In this document: positions 14,652 through 20,130 of the stretch, piece after piece
Layout: each line of letters starts with the position of its first letter
How positions within the stretch are numbered: the stretch's first letter is position 1
Virus record (IMG/VR): IMGVR_UViG_3300049846_001141
Origin: an uncultured virus (IMG/VR IMGVR_UViG_3300049846_001141)
Taxonomy: Duplodnaviria > Heunggongvirae > Uroviricota > Caudoviricetes
Reading direction: 5' to 3' (one strand)
DNA: 20,130 nt
The notes under the pieces: model-generated
Seen by the model: the letters and a program-made list of their open reading frames with translations, nothing else
Told to the model about the DNA's origin: nothing
Databases searched by the model: none
Position numbers and translations under genes: made by a program

Positions 14652-14696
14652 AAGGGCACGCCCGGAGAGACGGGCGCACTTACTACTGAATTACAA

Positions 14697-14936
14697 ATGG
14701 ACACGCTGCACACTCAAATCGAAAACACCAAGCTCAGCCCGTGGTACTTCGCGGTCAACTGGGGCATCATCACGCTCCAGCAGAAGATTGCGGAGATGGA
14801 GGCACGCGGCCAAGATCCCATCTACGACATCAAACAGCTGGAGAAGCTCCAGGACTTGGAGCAGTTTCTCAAGATGAGCTGGGACATGTGGCTGGCTCGT
14901 TATGAAACCAGCGAAACTGCACAGGAGGTCAAGTGA
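14697..14936 (+). CDS. Hypothetical protein (79 aa)
   Basis: ATG at 14697 in the frame of track ORF 14607..14936; GTGA overlap with next gene. Confidence 0.75.
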   Translation: MDTLHTQIENTKLSPWYFAVNWGIITLQQKIAEMEARGQDPIYDIKQLEKLQDLEQFLKMSWDMWLARYETSETAQEVK

Positions 14937-15187
14937 AGGTACTGGACATTGAGGAGCTGCGATTTGAGGGCGACCATCTCGTTGTCGATGCCCTTGTTGA
15001 TGACGCTGTTTTGGTCTATGCGCAGACGGAACTTGACCCGCCCGAGTGGGGGCCTGCCCTGTGCCGAGGCACCCTCTACTTTTCAGATGAAGACTTGATT
15101 CCAGCCACCGATGCACAACTCCGAGCCATGCTCACCGACCGCGTCGATGACTGGGCTCCAATCGACACGTCTGATTGGTACGACTGA
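14933..15187 (+). CDS. Hypothetical acidic protein
   Basis: 84 aa, GGAGG RBS, coupled to upstream gene. Confidence 0.75.
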   Translation: MKVLDIEELRFEGDHLVVDALVDDAVLVYAQTELDPPEWGPALCRGTLYFSDEDLIPATDAQLRAMLTDRVDDWAPIDTSDWYD

Positions 15188-15437
15188 ATCACGCGAGCTT
15201 CGTAACGCGGACGATTACGACGATTGGGAAGTGGGACTCGAACCCATCCCCGGCGATACCCACTGGGTCAGGATCAAAACTCTGACCCAGCTTTACCGCC
15301 ACATGATTTACGTGTTCGCCACCAGCGACACCATCAGCTCCACCCGCTTAGCCAACCTGGCTATCCACGAGATTCTCAAGTTGAGACTCACGGATCTCAC
15401 CCGGTTGCGCCAGCAGGATCCGAACTTCTTCGCATGA
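15147..15437 (+). CDS. Hypothetical protein (start uncertain)
   Basis: Frame of track ORF 15111..15437; ATGA overlap with next gene. Confidence 0.6.
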   Translation: MTGLQSTRLIGTTESRELRNADDYDDWEVGLEPIPGDTHWVRIKTLTQLYRHMIYVFATSDTISSTRLANLAIHEILKLRLTDLTRLRQQDPNFFA

Positions 15438-15622
15438 ATTACGACGCACACGAGGATTACTACCGGCAGTCACGCGGTTACAACTGGCATGACATGCACG
15501 AGCTGCGCAAGCAGCCTCGGCCTACCAGCACGGAAGTGCCGGAGGTGTTCAAAGACATGTTCTCCGACCGGGCTGCTTACGATGCCTGGGTCGATGAACG
15601 ACGCAAACTTTATTTCGGCTGA
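15434..15622 (+). CDS. Hypothetical protein (62 aa)
   Basis: MNYDAHEDYYRQSRGYNWHD...; ATGA and TGATG couplings on both sides. Confidence 0.7.
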   Translation: MNYDAHEDYYRQSRGYNWHDMHELRKQPRPTSTEVPEVFKDMFSDRAAYDAWVDERRKLYFG

Positions 15623-15882
15623 TGACTGAAAATTCAATGGTGCCGTTCTACCGCTCGTATCTGCTGAACGGGCGGACGGTTTACTTGGACAAGCTCTCGG
15701 AGTTGTCAGACACCGAGCTGCACATGCTCAATATCGACACCATGGCAGCGCTCCAGGAAGCGCGGCATGAGTACGAAAACATTGAAAACAAACAGTCCGA
15801 GGAGGCTGGGCCTGCTTATCGCCGCCTAAAAGTGGCTGGTTATTTCCAGGCTGCGATCAAACTGGAACTTGAAAATGGCTAG
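15622..15882 (+). CDS. Hypothetical protein
   Basis: 86 aa, coupled to upstream stop. Confidence 0.75.
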   Translation: MTENSMVPFYRSYLLNGRTVYLDKLSELSDTELHMLNIDTMAALQEARHEYENIENKQSEEAGPAYRRLKVAGYFQAAIKLELENG

Positions 15883-15903
15883 TTCTACACACTTCTCTTT
15901 CTC

Positions 15904-16254
15904 ATGACTGACAACAACCATCCGATTACTCCGCCGCCTGATCTGATTGAAGACTGGGTTGAGATAGCCAAGCCGCTGCCTCAACGACCTCCTAATCCAG
16001 GCGAGCTTGCAGCACTGGCCGCCCGCTGGGGCGCTGATCAGGAGTTGGAGGCGTGCATCTTACTGATGCTCGAAAAAGGCTGGATGAACCAGTCATTTGC
16101 CGACAACCTCCGCGACGCCCGCCGCCCCAAGCCGCTGAGCTTGAAGGAGCAGGCACTACAAGCGTTGGACCTTTTGAAAGTGGATGCCTCTACTCACGGT
16201 CTTGGCTTTGACTCATCTGCCATCCGCCGCGCTCTTGAATCCCTGCCCGAGTAG
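15904..16254 (+). CDS. Conserved phage hypothetical protein (ITPPP...AARWGADQELEAC...ARRPKP.SLKEQAL type)
   Basis: 116 aa; motif set recalled from cyanophage hypotheticals (not searched). Confidence 0.75.
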   Translation: MTDNNHPITPPPDLIEDWVEIAKPLPQRPPNPGELAALAARWGADQELEACILLMLEKGWMNQSFADNLRDARRPKPLSLKEQALQALDLLKVDASTHGLGFDSSAIRRALESLPE

Positions 16255-16268
16255 ACAACATCACTTCT

Positions 16269-16436
16269 ATGCGTAATTACTTTCTTGCCACACTGGCAAT
16301 CCTCATCCTTGTTGTCGGCTACGTATTTCTTTTGCAGTCTGCTAACGACCGTGTTGAAGCCAGATGCGCTGCTGCTGGTGGTCAGGTATTGACACAGCCC
16401 GGCGAAGTATCCAAATGCTTACGCCTTGCCCAGTAG
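16269..16436 (+). CDS. Small single-pass membrane protein with a Cys pair (55 aa)
   Basis: Not in the track: MRNYFLATLAILILVVGYVFLLQSANDRVEARCAAAGGQVLTQPGEVSKCLRLAQ. Confidence 0.7.
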   Translation: MRNYFLATLAILILVVGYVFLLQSANDRVEARCAAAGGQVLTQPGEVSKCLRLAQ

Positions 16437-16525
16437 TCCGATCACCTAGCTAACTCCTAGTTTCCGCCTAATTAGGAGTTGACACAGACCCGCTCTTCCC
16501 TACTACACTGCACACGTTCCATCCG

Positions 16526-16921
16526 ATGAACATGTACATCCTTTCTGAAGCCCAGTTCGACGAGATCGTCAAAGCTCTGGATGCTGCCCGCTTTGTTGTT
16601 GATACGTGCCAGCACGTTCAGATTGATCTGACTAATCCCAAGCAGACCATTCCGCTGCCCGCTGGCGAGAAGATTGTTCGCGCCCAAGCGAAGTCTCAAG
16701 GTAAGACTCGTAAGTCCAGCCGCAAAGGCAAGCGTGGGCACTCGGTGTTGACTGAGCCCAAAGTGCTGGAAATTAAGCGCCAGTTGGCTGCTGGTGGAAA
16801 ATCAGTGGCCAAGATCGCTAAGGAGTTTGGCGTTCATGCCACAACGGTGAATTGCATCAAATGGAATAAGACCTGGAAACATGTGGTGCTCCAGCAGGAA
16901 ACCGTTGCGGCTGCGGCGTGA
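16526..16921 (+). CDS. HTH DNA-binding protein
   Basis: C-terminal LTEPKVLEIKRQLAAGGKSVAKIAKEFGVHATTVNCIKWNKTWKHV; TTGACA (16479) and TACACT (16504) upstream. Confidence 0.75.
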   Translation: MNMYILSEAQFDEIVKALDAARFVVDTCQHVQIDLTNPKQTIPLPAGEKIVRAQAKSQGKTRKSSRKGKRGHSVLTEPKVLEIKRQLAAGGKSVAKIAKEFGVHATTVNCIKWNKTWKHVVLQQETVAAAA

Positions 16922-17427
16922 TCCTGGCGGATATCGACATTTTCACGCTGGCGCGAAGGGAGCTTGTCACTCCATTCGATAAGGAGCTAGTGAATCCAGC
17001 GAGTCTTGATGTGAGACTCGGCGAGAACTTGCTGGTGGAGTTGCCGTCAACGCCCGAGCTAGTGCCTTACTCCATTGCAGGGCACACGCAAAAAAAGCCG
17101 TTCATGCTCCAGCCGCATGAGTTCGTTCTGGCTGAAACGCTGGAGGAGTTCAAGTTGCCCGACTGTATTGCTGGGCAACTGGCGCTCAAGTCGAGCCGGG
17201 CTAGGGAAGGTATCGAGCATTTGCTTGCTGGGTATATCGACCCTGGCTACTGCGGGAGGCTAACGCTGGAACTGCAAAATGCGCGTTCTATGCACCCGGT
17301 TGCGTTGTGGCCTGGGATGCGGATTGCGCAGATTGTGTTCCATCGGATGACGATGCTGCCCAGCAAGGACTACTCCCACACTGGGAGATACCAAGGCGAC
17401 AAAGCTGTTCAGGCGTCAAAAGGATGA
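16918..17427 (+). CDS. dcd: dCTP deaminase
   Basis: NPASLDVRLG, KSSRAREG, AGYIDPGYCGRLTLEL, GMRIAQIVF, GRYQG motifs. Confidence 0.92.
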   Translation: MILADIDIFTLARRELVTPFDKELVNPASLDVRLGENLLVELPSTPELVPYSIAGHTQKKPFMLQPHEFVLAETLEEFKLPDCIAGQLALKSSRAREGIEHLLAGYIDPGYCGRLTLELQNARSMHPVALWPGMRIAQIVFHRMTMLPSKDYSHTGRYQGDKAVQASKG

Positions 17428-17666
17428 ACGACAACGTGAGTCGCCCCAGTCATTACACGGCTGGGAAGGTTGAAGTCATTGATGTGATCGAAGATTGGGT
17501 ACGGCACGCGCCTGACCCGATTGTTGGTGGCTTGCATTGGCAGGTCATTAAGTACATCAGTCGGGCGTGGCTGAAGAAAGATCCGTATGAGGATTTTCGT
17601 AAGGCTCGCTGGTATCTGAACCGCCTCATCAATACATTGGCTACGGAGGCGTACCAAGACCGATGA
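17424..17666 (+). CDS. DUF3310 family protein (T7 gp1.7-like putative nucleotide kinase domain)
   Basis: DNVSRPSHYTAGKVEVIDVI...IKYISRAWLK...EDFRKARWYL; ATG at 17424. Confidence 0.85.
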   Translation: MNDNVSRPSHYTAGKVEVIDVIEDWVRHAPDPIVGGLHWQVIKYISRAWLKKDPYEDFRKARWYLNRLINTLATEAYQDR

Positions 17667-17827
17667 GGCATTGGTGGCGAGTTGTCGCCAAGGCCCTGGG
17701 AGAAAAGGCGCACCAGCACGACCGGGTTGCTGATCAGGTTGCACTGGTGCGTTTTTGTATCTTGGCGGCCTACATGACTACAAACATTTTCATTTGCGCA
17801 GGCGTTATCAGGCACTGGAATGGCTAA
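17663..17827 (+). CDS. Small conserved cyanophage-type membrane protein (54 aa)
   Basis: Not in the track: MRHWWRVVAKALGEKAHQHDRVADQVALVRFCILAAYMTTNIFICAGVIRHWNG; overlaps both neighbours. Confidence 0.8.
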   Translation: MRHWWRVVAKALGEKAHQHDRVADQVALVRFCILAAYMTTNIFICAGVIRHWNG

Positions 17828-18290
17828 CCATTGCACTCACACTTTCAGACGAATCACCAACATTCATCAGTGGAAACATAAGCCGAACCTGTATACCTAC
17901 AGGCTGAAGTGCAAATGTTGTGGGCACCGGTGGAATGTTTACTTTGACCGGGTTGCCAAGAAAGAGGTGCAGGTGTCTCTGCGGGACATGCCCAACAACC
18001 GTCGCAGGATGACACCGAAAGAAGTGAAAATGATTTTGGAGGATTGGCGGTTTGATCACACCTTGGCTAACGCTTTAGGTATATCGCGTCAGTCAATTCA
18101 TTCAATCCGAACAGGACGGACGTACAAAGATGTCTGTCCTGAGATCCCGCGCCGTCGATTGAAGCAGCGCCAGCAGCAAGGAAACGGTTGCATCAAATGC
18201 AAGCACTGGCACAAAGACATGTGCGATTTTGATATTCCTGAAGCTGGTGAGGCCGGATTTTTTACCGAATGTATTCTTTTTTCTGAGTAA
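17820..18290 (+). CDS. Zn-ribbon/HTH protein with Cys-rich C-terminus
   Basis: CKCCGHRW, LANALGISRQSIHSIRTGRTYKDV HTH, CIKCKHW...C...C. Confidence 0.7.
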   Translation: MANHCTHTFRRITNIHQWKHKPNLYTYRLKCKCCGHRWNVYFDRVAKKEVQVSLRDMPNNRRRMTPKEVKMILEDWRFDHTLANALGISRQSIHSIRTGRTYKDVCPEIPRRRLKQRQQQGNGCIKCKHWHKDMCDFDIPEAGEAGFFTECILFSE

Positions 18291-18565
18291 TGGCAGTCAC
18301 TATTAACAGCAGGCCGTGCCAGAAGTGCGGCAAGCACACGACTAATCCGGTCATGTGTATGAGGTGTTATCGCTCCAGTCCTGCGGGCCTTGAGGAGATT
18401 CGAATGGACCGGTTGCGCCAGAGTTACAAACCTCAGGCGGATGGGGGGCCTTGTAAGCACTGCGTTCATTGGGGGAAACGGTGTTTGCTTGGACTTCCCG
18501 AAGGTGGGACACTCGCGGCGGCGGTGTTGTGTTCGGCGAGGGAGGTTGAAAGTCTGCTAGAGTAG
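18290..18565 (+). CDS. Cys-rich putative zinc-finger protein
   Basis: CQKCG...CMRCY and CKHCVHW..RC.LGLPE...C. Confidence 0.7.
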   Translation: MAVTINSRPCQKCGKHTTNPVMCMRCYRSSPAGLEEIRMDRLRQSYKPQADGGPCKHCVHWGKRCLLGLPEGGTLAAAVLCSAREVESLLE

Positions 18566-18590
18566 TAGGGTACAAGTTGCCCTACCAGGC

Positions 18591-20130
18591 TTGGACTTTT
18601 TTCTTGGCATCGAGCATCTGCATACGCTCGACGATGAACGGCTGATCGCGTTTGACTCGGAGACAACGCAGCTCCAGCCAAAGATGGGCGGGATGCGGTT
18701 AGTGCAGTTGGGTGCCCCAGGTAAACCGCCTGTGGTGCTCGACTGCTTTGATTTGGACGACAACGACTGGATCGTTGTTGAGGAGTTTTTCAGCGTGGAG
18801 CGCACATGGGTAGCGCACAATGCTGTTTTTGATCTTGGATGGCTTCAGGAACACGAAATTTATCCAGCGGGAAAGGTTTTGTGCACCATGCTGGCCAGTC
18901 GGATTCTTACTAACGGGATGCCAAATGTGAAGCATGGGCTACAGCATTTGGTGAAGCGTTATCTGCACGAGGATATTTCTAAAGAAGAGCAGAAGAGCGA
19001 TTGGTCGGGTGAGTTGACCGAGAGCCAGCTGGAATATGCGGCGAAGGATGTGCTGGTGCTTTTGGATTTGTTTGATCAGATTCAGCAGCGCATGGCGACG
19101 GCGGCGCTCCACCCGGCTTGGTACTTGGAGTGCAATGCTTTGCCGGCAATGGCACAGTTGTGGCGTACTGGTCTTCCTTTTAAAAAGCAGTTATTAGAGA
19201 AGTTAATAGAAGATTTGGATATTGAGCACTACGAAGTTGGTGAAAAGTTCATCGAAGATTTTGATACCGCTTTACCTGAAGGCCACAAACTTTGCCGGGG
19301 TATTGATGGAAAGTTGCTGTACCAGACAAAGCCTGGACCCAAAGGTAAAAAAGTAGATCCGAATGTTTTCAACCTCAATAGTCCTGCGCAGTTACTGAAA
19401 AAGTTCACTGCGTTGTTGGGTGAGGCGCCGATTGATGCGAAAAATGGCAAGCCAAGTGCCAGTCGGATGGCGCTCCAGGAATACGTTGGTGATCACAAAG
19501 TTGTTGCTGATTACTTGCGGTGGAAAAAGGTTGAAAAGAAGCGGCAAATGGCGGAAACATTGCTGAAGAACTTGGCAAAGGATGGATTTATTCGTGCCAG
19601 CTACATGCAGATGGGGGCTGATACTGGAAGGATGAGTTGCATGAGTCCCAACTTGCAACAGATTCCGAGGGATCAGCGGTTTAGGGCTTGTGTTCAGGTG
19701 CCAGAGGGGTGGAAGTTTGTGGTGGCGGACTATGGGCAGATGGAGTTGAGGTTGGCGGCGGCAGAAGCTAAGGATTCTCTTATGACTCAGGTGTTCCAGC
19801 AGGGGAAAGACCTCCATACGATTACGGCGACGCAGATTTATGGGGTCGCGGAGGATGAAGTTACAAAGGAACAGCGCCAGGTTAGTAAGAGCGCAAACTT
19901 CGGATTGCTCTATGGAAGTGGTGCAAAAGGGCTCAGGAATTATGCGGCAGCAACTGGAATCCAGATGGATCTTGCTGAGGCGGCGGAAGTGCGGGAAAAG
20001 TTCCACGCTGCATATAAAGGCATCTCCGCATGGCAGCGCAAAAATGCTCGCGATGCTGATGCGGCTAAGGACAATCCATCTATCCGCATACGCATCTCGG
20101 GCTTGCGGCGGTTTTTACCGGGCGAGAACA
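18591..20130 (+). CDS. polA: Family A DNA polymerase with 3'-5' exonuclease (3' end runs off the window)
   Basis: Not in the track. TTG start MDFFLGIEHL...; ExoI AFDSET, ExoII AHNAVFDL, ExoIII YAAKDV, TGRMSCMSPNLQQIP, motif A ADYGQMELR, motif B RQVSKSANFGLLYG; extended -10 TGC-TAGAGT near 18555-18563. Confidence 0.95.
   Translation, partial: MDFFLGIEHLHTLDDERLIAFDSETTQLQPKMGGMRLVQLGAPGKPPVVLDCFDLDDNDWIVVEEFFSVERTWVAHNAVFDLGWLQEHEIYPAGKVLCTMLASRILTNGMPNVKHGLQHLVKRYLHEDISKEEQKSDWSGELTESQLEYAAKDVLVLLDLFDQIQQRMATAALHPAWYLECNALPAMAQLWRTGLPFKKQLLEKLIEDLDIEHYEVGEKFIEDFDTALPEGHKLCRGIDGKLLYQTKPGPKGKKVDPNVFNLNSPAQLLKKFTALLGEAPIDAKNGKPSASRMALQEYVGDHKVVADYLRWKKVEKKRQMAETLLKNLAKDGFIRASYMQMGADTGRMSCMSPNLQQIPRDQRFRACVQVPEGWKFVVADYGQMELRLAAAEAKDSLMTQVFQQGKDLHTITATQIYGVAEDEVTKEQRQVSKSANFGLLYGSGAKGLRNYAAATGIQMDLAEAAEVREKFHAAYKGISAWQRKNARDADAAKDNPSIRIRISGLRRFLPGEN

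Noticed and set aside
19392..20006. 204-aa minus-strand ORF
   Set aside because: Antisense shadow of the DNA polymerase gene.
1..20130. HIP1 (GCGATCGC) or GGCGCC enrichment; integrase/att sites; alternative genetic code
   Set aside because: No HIP1 seen, GGCGCC is only modestly above composition expectation, no integrase is in the window, and all core genes read through in the standard code using all three stop codons.

Overview
This window is part of a GC-rich tailed phage genome (Caudoviricetes). Its small-protein families and regulatory motifs suggest a picocyanobacterial (Synechococcus/Cyanobium-type) host, which is an inference. From 1 to 6.7 kb the minus strand carries the head and packaging module: major capsid (truncated), scaffold, portal, small basic proteins, TerL and a probable TerS. 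From about 6.0 to 9.0 kb lies an early-type block with an ArdA-like protein and sigma70-like promoters, bracketed by two identical 7-1-7 Fur-box-like palindromes. From 9.1 to 11.2 kb (minus) come a PD-(D/E)XK exonuclease, a free-standing HNH endonuclease and an SSB-like protein. From 11.4 to 20.1 kb (plus) come a PrimPol-helicase, a structured non-coding locus, small hypotheticals, dCTP deaminase, DUF3310 and a family A DNA polymerase (truncated). The most unusual signals are non-coding: (i) a strand-polarised GCTCCAG(C) motif, about 29 copies on + versus 2 on - by manual count, clustered at 8.6-9.0 kb and independent of reading frame; (ii) a co-oriented TGAATGG array running into the exonuclease gene; (iii) a dyad-symmetric GGACA/TGTCC array inside the 3' end of the primase-helicase gene, a candidate origin; (iv) a tRNA-like RNA with intact acceptor, D and T arms but no anticodon arm, inside a ~450-nt structured region. 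All counts and coordinates were made by eye.
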